A stretch of DNA of 64,000 bases from Opitutaceae bacterium (GTDB lineage: Bacteria; Verrucomicrobiota; Verrucomicrobiia; Opitutales; Opitutaceae). Shown one piece after another: positions 27,302-35,968 of the stretch. Each line of letters starts with the position of its first letter. Positions within the stretch are counted from its first letter, which is position 1. Below the pieces are notes generated by a model, which saw only the letters and a list, made by a program, of their open reading frames with translations, was not told the DNA's origin and ran no database searches. Location: NCBI GenBank assembly GCA_019634615.1, contig JAHCAZ010000016.1, positions 10,020 through 74,019 of the forward strand, in the 5' to 3' direction. The position numbers and the translations under genes were made by a program.

Positions 27302-28465
27302 ATGACTGCCACCACCCTCGAAAAAGCTCCCGCCTCCACGCCCACCGTCCCCAGCGCCGCCGTGCCGGCCAACACCCGCCCGCCGTCCGCCTCGCGCCCG
27401 GCCCAGAAAACCGTCCTTGTCGGCCTCGACCTCGGGACGAACAAATCGTGCGTCCTCGCCGGGCCCGCCGGCGGCAGCGACATCACCGTGAGCAAGGTGA
27501 TCCCGACCTGTGTCGGCTACGTGAAGGAAGGAATCGTCGACGGCATCATCGCCGGCAACGCGTCCATCCTGTATGGCGAGGACGCCCTGCAGAACCGCCT
27601 GCACGTCAACCTCGTGACCCCGCTCGCCCAGGGCGTCATCGCCCAGCCCGCCGCGGCGCGGGATTTCCTGCTGCACATCCGCACGCTGGCGGATCCCTCG
27701 GGTCAGGCGGACATCCGGGCCGTCATCGGCATCCCGGCCAACGCCGACGAACCCGCGCGTGAGGAGATCCGCCGCACCGCGGTCGGCATTTTCAGCCGCG
27801 TGCTCCTGATCCCCGAGCCTTTTCTCGCCGCCTTGGGTTACCGCGACGCCTCCCGCGTCGGCCAGCCCGGCTACATCGACCCGGTGGTCAACTCCCTCTT
27901 CATCGACATCGGGGGCGGCACGACGGATCTCTGTCTCGTGCAGGGATATTTCCCGGGGCGCGACGACCAGGTCTGCATCCCGTTCGCCGGCGACGCGATC
28001 GACCAGGCCATGGAGGCCGAACTGGCCCGGACCTACCCGAACAACGGCCTCACCCGCCACACGATCCGCGAGCTCAAGGAAACCCACGCCTACGTGGGCC
28101 CCTCGCGGCGGCCGCTCGACGTGAAGGTCGTCATCGGCGGCAAGGCGCACGTGCTCGAGCTGGCCGACGTCATCGGCCACGCCTGCAACACGCTGATCGA
28201 CCGGCTCTATCCCGCGCTCACTAGCCTGATCGCCCGCGCGTCGTCGGACTCCGTGGTCACGCTGCTGCAGAACATCATCGTCACCGGCGGCGGTTCGCAG
28301 ATCAAGGGGATCGACACGGTCCTTCAGAAGCGGCTGGCCGACGATGGGTACGAGGCGCCGAAAGTCCGCCTCGCCGGCCAGGATTTCAAACGCTACGTCG
28401 CCATCGGCGCCCTCAAGGCGGCCCGCGCCGCCCGCGAGAACCAGTGGCAGACGCTGCTCAGCTGA
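27302..28465 (+). CDS. actin-like ATPase (MamK/MreB-like bacterial actin)
   Basis: The motifs LVGLDLGTNKSCV (phosphate 1), IPEPFLAALGY, SLFIDIGGGTTDLCLV (phosphate 2) and IIVTGGGSQIKGI (adenosine) occur in the order and spacing of bacterial actins. I placed the start at ATG 27302, but the ORF is open from TTG 27245. Confidence 0.8.
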   Translation: MTATTLEKAPASTPTVPSAAVPANTRPPSASRPAQKTVLVGLDLGTNKSCVLAGPAGGSDITVSKVIPTCVGYVKEGIVDGIIAGNASILYGEDALQNRLHVNLVTPLAQGVIAQPAAARDFLLHIRTLADPSGQADIRAVIGIPANADEPAREEIRRTAVGIFSRVLLIPEPFLAALGYRDASRVGQPGYIDPVVNSLFIDIGGGTTDLCLVQGYFPGRDDQVCIPFAGDAIDQAMEAELARTYPNNGLTRHTIRELKETHAYVGPSRRPLDVKVVIGGKAHVLELADVIGHACNTLIDRLYPALTSLIARASSDSVVTLLQNIIVTGGGSQIKGIDTVLQKRLADDGYEAPKVRLAGQDFKRYVAIGALKAARAARENQWQTLLS

Positions 28466-29537
28466 TCGCCGGGTAGCTGCCCATCCACTTCACCATCGGG
28501 CAGAATTTCCGCAGCTCGGCGAGGGCGGCCTTCATGTTCGCGTCCTCGTAGTGGCCGGTGACGTCGATGAAGAAATAATAGTCCCACGGGCGCTTCTTGC
28601 TCGGGCGCGACTCGACCTTGGAGAGGTTGATGCCGCGCTCGGCCAGCGGCATCAGCATGCGCAGCAGCGCGCCGGAGTGCGACGCGGCCTCGTCGCCGAG
28701 GGAGACGAGGAAGCTCGTGATGTCCTTGCCGTTGCCCACCGGGCCGGACGGCTGGCGGCCGAGGACGAAGAAGCGCGTGGTGTTGTCGGCCTTGTCCTGG
28801 ATGTTCTTCACCAGCACCGGCACGCCGTAATGCTGCGCAGCCAGTTCACCGGCCACGGCCGCGGCACCGGGCTCGTCGTGGGCGATCTGCACGGCGCGGG
28901 AGGTGCTCGACGCCTCGACCAGCTGGGCATGCGGGAGATGCCGCTGCAGCCAGTGGCGGCACTGCGCCAGGGCCTGATCCTTGGAGTAAACCTTCGTGAT
29001 CTGCTCCAGCGGGAACTTCGAGATCAGGGCGTGCGTGATCTCGGTGTAGATCTGGGCGACGATCTTGAGGTCGCTCTCGACAAAGCTGTCCAGCGTCTCG
29101 CGCACCGAGCCCTCGGTCGAGTTCTCGATCGGGATGACCGCGTAATCGGTCTCGCCCTTCTCCACCGCGGTGAAGATGTCGCTGATCGTGGCCATCGCGT
29201 GGTAATCCACGCTGGCGCCGAACTTCTTCATCGCCGCCGCATGCGTGTTGCTGGCCTCAGGTCCGAGGTAGGCGATGAGCAGGGGCTTCTCCAGGGCGAT
29301 GGCCGCCGACATGATCTCGCGGTAGATCGCCTTCAGCGCCTCCTGCTTGATGGGACCCTGGTTCTGCGCGGTGACCTTGCGGAGGACGGCGTCCTCACGC
29401 TCGGCCACGTAGATCTGGCCGCCCTGGCCCCGCTTCACCTTGCCGATCTCAGCCGCGAGCGCGAGGCGCTCGTTCAGGAGGCTGACCAATTGGCGGTCGA
29501 TCGCGTCGATCTTTTCGCGGATGGGGCCGAGGTCCAT
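28458..29537 (-). CDS. pheA: bifunctional chorismate mutase/prephenate dehydratase
   Basis: It has an N-terminal CM domain IREKIDAIDRQLVSLLNERLALAAEIGKVK, then a PDT domain IAYLGPEASNTH..IPIENSTEGSV, and a C-terminal ACT-like region. Confidence 0.9.
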   Translation of the reverse strand: MDLGPIREKIDAIDRQLVSLLNERLALAAEIGKVKRGQGGQIYVAEREDAVLRKVTAQNQGPIKQEALKAIYREIMSAAIALEKPLLIAYLGPEASNTHAAAMKKFGASVDYHAMATISDIFTAVEKGETDYAVIPIENSTEGSVRETLDSFVESDLKIVAQIYTEITHALISKFPLEQITKVYSKDQALAQCRHWLQRHLPHAQLVEASSTSRAVQIAHDEPGAAAVAGELAAQHYGVPVLVKNIQDKADNTTRFFVLGRQPSGPVGNGKDITSFLVSLGDEAASHSGALLRMLMPLAERGINLSKVESRPSKKRPWDYYFFIDVTGHYEDANMKAALAELRKFCPMVKWMGSYPAIS

Positions 29538-29538
29538 G

Positions 29539-30411
29539 TCAGGAAGTCTTTTCGTCCGAAGCCGGCCCGGCTTCCGGGGTGCCGGCCGATGCGGTCGTGT
29601 GTTCCACCGAAACCGACTCGAGGTTCGGCGTGGCGCCCTCGCCCTCTTCCAGCGGAAGTCCCATCTCGGCGTCGGCAGGCGGCTTCGCGGCGTTGTTTGC
29701 CGCGGCCTGCAGCCAATCGTCGATCTGGCGGTTGGAGAGGACGTCGGATGCCGGCAGCTCGTCGAGCGACTTGATGCCGACGAATTCGAGGAACTGGTCC
29801 GTCGTGCCGTACTGGATCGGGCGACCGGGGAGATCGGCGCGGCCGACGATGTAGATGAGTTCGCGCTCGAGGAGCTTGTTGATGCCGGCCTCGGCGGACA
29901 CGCCGCGGATGGTCTCGATCTCGCCGCGCGTCACGGGTTGGCGGTAGGCGACGATGGCGAGGGTCTCGAGGGAGGACTGGCTCAGCTTCACCGGCGGCGG
30001 GTCATCGCGGAGGATGCGCACCCAGCGGGCGTACTGCGGGTGCGTCACCAGGCGGTAGCCATTGGCGCCCTCGATCAGCAGCAGGCCCTCGCTCGCCGCC
30101 TTGAGCTCGGCCGCGATGGCGTCCATCGCCTCCCGGATCTCCGTCGCCGTGACCAGCGACGGCACGTCCTGGTACAGCTCGGGATCGCCGGGAGCCTCGT
30201 CGATGATCTCGGCGACTTCCTCGGCGACCGGCGCGGGCGCAGCGCCCTCGGCGGCGGGCGCCGCCGTCTCCGGGGTCCCGGCCTCGGGAGCCGCGGGCAG
30301 CTCGGCCTGCTCGTGAAAACGCGTGAACGCCGCTTGGATGTCGTTGATGGAGAGCGGCTGGCTGGACGAGAAGAGCAGCGCCTTGAGCACTTTTTTCAGA
30401 TTGAAGGCCAT
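29539..30411 (-). CDS. scpB: segregation and condensation protein B
   Basis: KALLFSSSQPLSINDI.., GYRLVTHPQYARWV.., and SQSSLETLAIVAYRQPVTRGEIETIRGV..RADLPGRPIQYGTT are present. Confidence 0.85.
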   Translation of the reverse strand: MAFNLKKVLKALLFSSSQPLSINDIQAAFTRFHEQAELPAAPEAGTPETAAPAAEGAAPAPVAEEVAEIIDEAPGDPELYQDVPSLVTATEIREAMDAIAAELKAASEGLLLIEGANGYRLVTHPQYARWVRILRDDPPPVKLSQSSLETLAIVAYRQPVTRGEIETIRGVSAEAGINKLLERELIYIVGRADLPGRPIQYGTTDQFLEFVGIKSLDELPASDVLSNRQIDDWLQAAANNAAKPPADAEMGLPLEEGEGATPNLESVSVEHTTASAGTPEAGPASDEKTS

Positions 30412-30522
30412 GCGGGGGAAGTCGTCCGAATGAAGGTGGCGCCGCTGGGCTAAGCAACCATGAAAAGAGGCTGAGGAGAGTCTTGCCCGTCACCGTGGCG
30501 TCTGGTTCGCTCCGCGCCGACC

Positions 30523-32229
30523 ATGTGTGCCGCCTCCTCCTCCAACCCGCTCCGCCCTCATTCCTCCGTGGTGCTCGACGGCCCCAGCCGCGCCGGCGCC
30601 CGCTCGATGCTCCGCCCCGTCGGCTTCAGTGATGCCGACTTCAGCAAACCGGTCGTCGGCATCGCCTCGACCTGGAGCATGGTCACGCCGTGCAACATGC
30701 ACATCGACCAGCTCGCCCGCGACGCCGAGGCCGGGGCCAACGCCGCCGGCGGCAAGGCCGTGATCTTCGGCACCATCACCGTGTCCGACGGCATCAGCAT
30801 GGGCACGCCCGGCATGCGCTACTCGCTCGTGTCGCGCGAGGTCATCGCCGACTCGATCGAGACCGTCGCCGGCGCCGAGGGCTTCGACGCCCTCGTGACC
30901 ATCGGCGGCTGCGACAAGAACATGCCGGCCTGCATCATGGCCATGGCCCGCCTCAACCGCCCGTCCGTCTTTGTCTACGGCGGCACCATCCTTCCCGGCA
31001 TTCACCCCGAGACGAAGCACGAGTGCGACATCGTCTCGGTCTACGAGGCCATCGGCAAACACGCCGCCAACAAGATCGACGACGCCGGCCTGAAGGCGAT
31101 CGAGGCCTGCTCCGTCCCCGGCCCCGGTGCCTGCGGCGGCATGTACACGGCCAACACCATGGCTTCCGCCATCGAAGCCCTCGGCCTCAGCCTGCCGAAC
31201 AGCTCCAACCAGATCGCGATCAGCAAGGACAAGCAGGAAGACTGCCGCCGTGCCGGCGCCGCCGCCGTCGCCCTCCTGAAGGCCGGGATCCGCCCGCGCG
31301 ACATCATCACCCGCAAGGCCTTCGAGAACGCCATCACGGTCGTGATCGCGCTCGGCGGCTCGACCAACGCCGTCCTGCATTTGCTCGCAATCGCCCACGA
31401 GTCCGGCGTCCGCCTCTCGATCGACGACTTCACCCGCATCGGCAAGCGCGTCCCCGTGCTCGGCGACCTCAAGCCCTCCGGCAAGTACGCCATGGCCCAC
31501 CTCACCCGCATCGGCGGCCTCCCGCCGCTCATGAAGATGCTCCTCGACGCGGGCCTCCTCCACGGCGACTGCCTCACCGTGACCGGCAAGACCCTCGCCG
31601 AGAACCTCCGCGACGTCGCCCCCTACCCGGCCGACCAGGACGTGATCCGCCCGCTGTCCAACCCGATCAAGCCCGACAGCCACCTCCGCATCCTCTACGG
31701 CAACCTCGCCCCCGAGGGCGCGGTGGCCAAGATCTCCGGCAAGGAAGGCCTCGTCTTCTCCGGCAAGGCCATCGTCTTCGAGGGCGAGGAAAAGGCGCTC
31801 GACGCCATCCTCGGCGGCAAGGTCAAGCCCGGCCACGTCATCGTGATCCGCAACGAGGGCCCCGTCGGCGGCCCCGGCATGCGCGAGATGCTCTCCCCGA
31901 CCAGCGCCGTGATGGGCCGCGGCCTCGGCAAGGAGGTCGCCCTCATCACCGACGGCCGCTTCTCCGGCGGCAGCCACGGCTTCGTCGTCGGCCACATCAC
32001 CCCGGAAGCCGCCATCGGCGGCCCCATCGGGATCGTCCGCAACGGCGACCCGATCACCATCGACGCGCAGGCCAACACGCTCTCCCTCGGCATCTCCGCC
32101 AAGGAGATCAAGGCCCGCCTCAAGGCCCGCAAGCCGCGGAAGCCCAGCGAGACCCGCGGCGTCCTCGCCAAGTACGCGAAGCTCGTCTCCACGGCGTCCG
32201 AAGGCGCGGTGACGGACAAGAAGCTGTGA
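30523..32229 (+). CDS. ilvD: dihydroxy-acid dehydratase
   Basis: [45 protein letters not shown] and [17 protein letters not shown] are present. Confidence 0.95.
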   Translation: MCAASSSNPLRPHSSVVLDGPSRAGARSMLRPVGFSDADFSKPVVGIASTWSMVTPCNMHIDQLARDAEAGANAAGGKAVIFGTITVSDGISMGTPGMRYSLVSREVIADSIETVAGAEGFDALVTIGGCDKNMPACIMAMARLNRPSVFVYGGTILPGIHPETKHECDIVSVYEAIGKHAANKIDDAGLKAIEACSVPGPGACGGMYTANTMASAIEALGLSLPNSSNQIAISKDKQEDCRRAGAAAVALLKAGIRPRDIITRKAFENAITVVIALGGSTNAVLHLLAIAHESGVRLSIDDFTRIGKRVPVLGDLKPSGKYAMAHLTRIGGLPPLMKMLLDAGLLHGDCLTVTGKTLAENLRDVAPYPADQDVIRPLSNPIKPDSHLRILYGNLAPEGAVAKISGKEGLVFSGKAIVFEGEEKALDAILGGKVKPGHVIVIRNEGPVGGPGMREMLSPTSAVMGRGLGKEVALITDGRFSGGSHGFVVGHITPEAAIGGPIGIVRNGDPITIDAQANTLSLGISAKEIKARLKARKPRKPSETRGVLAKYAKLVSTASEGAVTDKKL

Positions 32230-32239
32230 ACCGACTGCC

Positions 32240-33808
32240 ATGACCTGGAACCGCTTCAAGACCCACTGCTACCAGTACCCGAACGTCGGTGTCGCCCTCG
32301 ACATCTCGCGGATCCCGTTCCCGGACGATTTCCTCGCCGGCATCGAGCCGCGGATGAAGCAGGCGTTCGCCGACATGGCGGCCCTGGAAAAGGGCGCCAT
32401 CGCCAATCCCGATGAGCAGCGCATGGTCGGTCACTACTGGCTGCGCGCCCCGCAGCTCGCCCCGACGCCCGAGCTCGCGACCGAGATCACGGCGACGCTC
32501 GCCGCCATCAAGGAGTTCGCGGCCAAGGTGCACAAGGCCGAGATCGCCGGCCCCGCCGGGAAGTTCCGCGAGCTGCTGGTCATCGGCATCGGCGGCTCGG
32601 CCCTCGGCCCGCAGCTCGCCACCCACGCGCTCGGTCGCCTCCGCGGTCGCGACAAGCTGAACGTGCGGTTTTTCGACAACACCGATCCCGATGGCATGGA
32701 CTACGTGCTCAAGGAGATCGGCTCGAAGCTGAAGCAGACCCTCGTCCTCGTCATCTCCAAGTCCGGCGGCACCGCCGAGACCCGCAACGGCATGCTCGAG
32801 GCCGCCGCCGCCTTCAAGGCCGCCGGGCTCGATCCGGCAAAGCACTTCGTCGCCGTGACCGGCGCCGGCTCCAAGCTCGACCAGCTCGCGCAGAAGGAAG
32901 GCTGGCTCGCCCGCTTCCCGATGTGGGACTGGGTCGGCGGACGCACCTCGGAACTTTGCGCCGTCGGCCTGCTGCCCGCCGCGCTGCAGGGCATCAAGAT
33001 CGACCAGCTCCTCGCCGGCGCCGCCGCGATGGACAAGCTGACCCGCAAGCCTTCGCTCAAGGACAACCCGGCCGCTCTCCTCGCCGCCATGTGGTACTTC
33101 GCCACCGACGGTCGCGGGTCGAAGGACATGGTCGTGCTCCCCTACAAGGACCGCCTGCTCCTCTTCTCGCGCTACCTCCAGCAGCTCGTGATGGAATCAC
33201 TCGGCAAGGAGCTCGATCTCCAGGGCAACGTGGTCAACCAAGGCATCGCCGTTTACGGCAACAAGGGCTCCACCGACCAGCACGCCTACGTCCAGCAGCT
33301 CCGCGAGGGTGTGAACAATTTCTTCGTCACCTTCATCGAGGTCCTCAAGGACCGCGCCGGTGATTCCCTCGAGGTCGAGCCGGGCGTCACCAGCGGCGAC
33401 TACCTGCAGGGCTTTTTCCTCGGCACCCGCGCCGCCCTCACGGAGAAGGACCGCGCCTCGGTCACGCTCACGATCCCGGATGTCTCGCCGAAGTCGCTCG
33501 GCATGCTCATCGCCCTCTACGAGCGCGTCGTCGGCCTCTACGCCTCCCTCATCGGCATCAACGCCTATCACCAGCCGGGCGTCGAGGCCGGCAAGAAGGC
33601 CGCCGGCGGCGTCATCGCCCTCAAGCTGAAGCTCGCGGCCGCGCTGAAGGCAGCCCCGGGTCAGGCTTTCACCGCCGAGCAGCTCGCCACCCAGGTCGGC
33701 GGCGACCCCGAGCTAGCCTACAAGATCCTCGAACACCTCGCCGCCAACGGCGCCGTCCAGAAGACCGCAAAGCAACCCTGGTTCGAATCCACCTACACCC
33801 AAGCATAG
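32240..33808 (+). CDS. pgi: glucose-6-phosphate isomerase
   Basis: [39 protein letters not shown] and [14 protein letters not shown] are present. Confidence 0.9.
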   Translation: MTWNRFKTHCYQYPNVGVALDISRIPFPDDFLAGIEPRMKQAFADMAALEKGAIANPDEQRMVGHYWLRAPQLAPTPELATEITATLAAIKEFAAKVHKAEIAGPAGKFRELLVIGIGGSALGPQLATHALGRLRGRDKLNVRFFDNTDPDGMDYVLKEIGSKLKQTLVLVISKSGGTAETRNGMLEAAAAFKAAGLDPAKHFVAVTGAGSKLDQLAQKEGWLARFPMWDWVGGRTSELCAVGLLPAALQGIKIDQLLAGAAAMDKLTRKPSLKDNPAALLAAMWYFATDGRGSKDMVVLPYKDRLLLFSRYLQQLVMESLGKELDLQGNVVNQGIAVYGNKGSTDQHAYVQQLREGVNNFFVTFIEVLKDRAGDSLEVEPGVTSGDYLQGFFLGTRAALTEKDRASVTLTIPDVSPKSLGMLIALYERVVGLYASLIGINAYHQPGVEAGKKAAGGVIALKLKLAAALKAAPGQAFTAEQLATQVGGDPELAYKILEHLAANGAVQKTAKQPWFESTYTQA

Positions 33809-33810
33809 GA

Positions 33811-33894
33811 ACCACTGATAGACACTTATGAACACTGAGATGTCGGGGACTTCCTTCCCGGCCGAATCAGTGAAAATAAGTGCACATCAGTGGT
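33811..33894. repeat. long imperfect low-GC hairpin, copy H4
   Basis: The arms are accactgatagacacttatgaacactga (33811-33838) and tcagtgaaaataagtgcacatcagtggt (33867-33894), about 22/28 paired. It starts 3 nt after the pgi stop. Confidence 0.8.
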
Positions 33895-33991
33895 TAATCC
33901 CTTTTGCCGTTTCGACCGGAACCAAACGTGCCAGACCGTTTCCTACCGCCTTGCCTTGACCGCCTTCCGGTGTCTTAACCGACCTCAATCC

Positions 33992-34156
33992 ATGAAACAC
34001 GCCAAGACTGCCATCCTCGGAACCCTGCTGCTCCTGCTCGGCCTTGCCTTCACCGGTTGCACGACGCGGAAGGGCGATTCGTCCATTCCGTGGAGCCGTC
34101 CGGCCGACTGGGAAGGCCAGATCCCGGGGCTCTCGAACCCCAACATGGGACGCTGA
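33992..34156 (+). CDS. small lipoprotein, hypothetical (54 aa)
   Basis: MKHAKTAILGTLLLLLGLAFTGC carries a lipobox. A clean terminator follows. I trimmed it from ORF 33890. Confidence 0.5.
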   Translation: MKHAKTAILGTLLLLLGLAFTGCTTRKGDSSIPWSRPADWEGQIPGLSNPNMGR

Positions 34157-34180
34157 TCCCTCACCCGCGTCTCGCGCACA

Positions 34181-34205
34181 AATCCGGCTTCGGCCGGATT
34201 TTTTT
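34181..34205 (+). terminator. Rho-independent terminator
   Basis: An 8-bp stem aatccggc/gccggatt has a ttcg loop and is followed by a T-run. Confidence 0.75.
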
Positions 34206-34244
34206 GTTGGGCGCCCGGACAGCTCGCGCAGAGTGTCCCTGCCC

Positions 34245-34958
34245 ATGTCGGACAACGCCTCGCTCACGCCGCAACCCGGCCACCTTTACGTCGTGGCCAC
34301 CCCGATCGGCAACCTGGCCGACCTGACCGAGCGGGCCCGCGCGATCCTCGGAGCCGTCGATCTCGTGGCCTGCGAGGACACCCGCACGACCGGGGCGATG
34401 CTTTCCCGCTTGGGCCTGCACAAGGAACTCGTGCCGTATCATGAGCACAACGAGACCGAGGCCGCCGAGCGCCTCGCCGACCTCCTCGCGGGCGGCAAGT
34501 CCATCGCCGTCGTCAGCGACGCCGGCACGCCCGCCCTGAGCGACCCCGGCTTCCGTCTCGTCCGCGCCTGCCGCCGGCGCAACCTCCCGGTCGTCCCCGT
34601 CCCCGGCCCCAGCGCGCTGACCGCCGTGCTCAGCGCCAGCGGCCTGCCGACCAACGGGTTTCTCTACGTCGGCTTCCTGCCGCCGAAGTCCGCCGCGCGT
34701 ATCAGTTTCTTCGAGCAGCACCGCGCGTTTCCCTACACCCTCGCCCTGTACGAAAGCTGCCACCGCATCGACAAGGCCGTCGACGAAATCGTCGCAACGC
34801 TCGGCCCCGAGCGCGTGCTCTGCGTGGCCAAGGAAGTGACCAAGCTCCACGAGACCTTTTTCGTCGGCCCGGCCGGCACCGTGCGCGAACGCTTGGCCAA
34901 GGCCAGCCTCAAGGGCGAGTTCGTGCTCCTGATCGCGCCGGCTGATTTCGTCCTCTGA
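34245..34958 (+). CDS. rsmI: 16S rRNA (cytidine1402-2'-O)-methyltransferase
   Basis: GHLYVVATPIGNLADLTERA..LVACEDTRTTG..VSDAGTPALSDPG are present. I trimmed it from ORF 34044. Confidence 0.9.
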   Translation: MSDNASLTPQPGHLYVVATPIGNLADLTERARAILGAVDLVACEDTRTTGAMLSRLGLHKELVPYHEHNETEAAERLADLLAGGKSIAVVSDAGTPALSDPGFRLVRACRRRNLPVVPVPGPSALTAVLSASGLPTNGFLYVGFLPPKSAARISFFEQHRAFPYTLALYESCHRIDKAVDEIVATLGPERVLCVAKEVTKLHETFFVGPAGTVRERLAKASLKGEFVLLIAPADFVL

Positions 34959-34959
34959 C

Positions 34960-35898
34960 ATGCCCTCGCCCGCCGTCGCCGTCATCGATATCGGCAGCAA
35001 CACCATCAAGGTGCTGGTGGCGCGCCGCGCGGATGATGGTGCCCTCGTGTCCGAGCATTTCCAGTCGCTCGACGCCCGCATCAGCACCGGCATCAGCCAA
35101 GCCCGGCCGGAGCTCGGACGCGAAGGCATGGCCCGCGGCCTGGCCGCCATCCGCGCACTGCTCGCCGGCGTGGCCCCCTTTCAACCCGCAAAGGTCCTGC
35201 TCGTGGCCACCAGCGCCGTGCGTGATGCCGCCAATGGCGCCGCGTTCCGCGCCGAGGTCAAGGCCGCCACCGGTCACGAGATCCGCCTGCTCTCCGGCGA
35301 CGAGGAGGCGCACTACATCGGCGCCGGCCTGACCTGCGATCCCGAGCTGCGCGACCTGCAGGATTTTCAGGTCTTCGATCTCGGCGGCGGCAGCCTCGAA
35401 TGTCTCACCTTCCGTCAGCGGCGGGTGCAACAGGCCCTGAGCCTGCAGCTGGGCTGCGTGCGCTTGACCGAGCGTTTGTTTGGCGATGCCGTCGCGGCCC
35501 TGCCAACTGACGCCGCGACCCGCGTCGGCGCCGAATGCGACGCCGCGATGCGCGCGGCCGGGTTCCGCTTCGACCTCCCCGCTGGCGCTGGTGCCGTCGG
35601 CACCGGCGGCACGCTGACCGTCGCCCGGGCCATCGCCGCGCACCGCGCGGGCGTTCCCGGGCTGGGTGCCTCGCTCCTGACCGTCGCCGAGATCGAGCGA
35701 CAGTTCACGTTCCTCTCCCGCCAGACCCTTGCCGAACGCCGCACCTGTCCCGGCCTGCCGGCGGCCCGCGCCGACGTCTATCCCACCGCACTGGCGACCT
35801 ACCTCGCGATCGCGCGCCGCGGTGGTTTCACGGCGTTTCGTCACTCGCTCTACAACCTGCGCTACGGAATAGCGCAGGAGTTGCTGGCTAGTGGGTAG
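34960..35898 (+). CDS. Ppx/GppA family phosphatase
   Basis: VAVIDIGSNTIKVLVA.., VATSAVRDAANG and LSGDEEAHYIG are present. It starts 1 nt after the rsmI stop. Confidence 0.85.
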   Translation: MPSPAVAVIDIGSNTIKVLVARRADDGALVSEHFQSLDARISTGISQARPELGREGMARGLAAIRALLAGVAPFQPAKVLLVATSAVRDAANGAAFRAEVKAATGHEIRLLSGDEEAHYIGAGLTCDPELRDLQDFQVFDLGGGSLECLTFRQRRVQQALSLQLGCVRLTERLFGDAVAALPTDAATRVGAECDAAMRAAGFRFDLPAGAGAVGTGGTLTVARAIAAHRAGVPGLGASLLTVAEIERQFTFLSRQTLAERRTCPGLPAARADVYPTALATYLAIARRGGFTAFRHSLYNLRYGIAQELLASG

Positions 35899-35968
35899 CG
35901 GCCGGCCTCCGGACGGCCGGCTCGATGTGCGCACGCCAAACCGGCCGTCCGGAGGCCGGCCGCTACCC
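35893..35968. repeat. perfect GC-rich palindromic REP-like element, copy 1
   Basis: gggtagcggccggcctccggacggccgg (35893-35920) and its exact reverse complement (35941-35968) flank a 20-nt loop. Confidence 0.9.

Noticed and set aside
33780-33790. GGTTCGAATCC, the canonical tRNA T-loop string.
   Set aside because: It lies inside the pgi reading frame (..[11 protein letters not shown]). The flanks give at most a 3-bp T-stem, and there is no acceptor or anticodon arm. It is not a tRNA.
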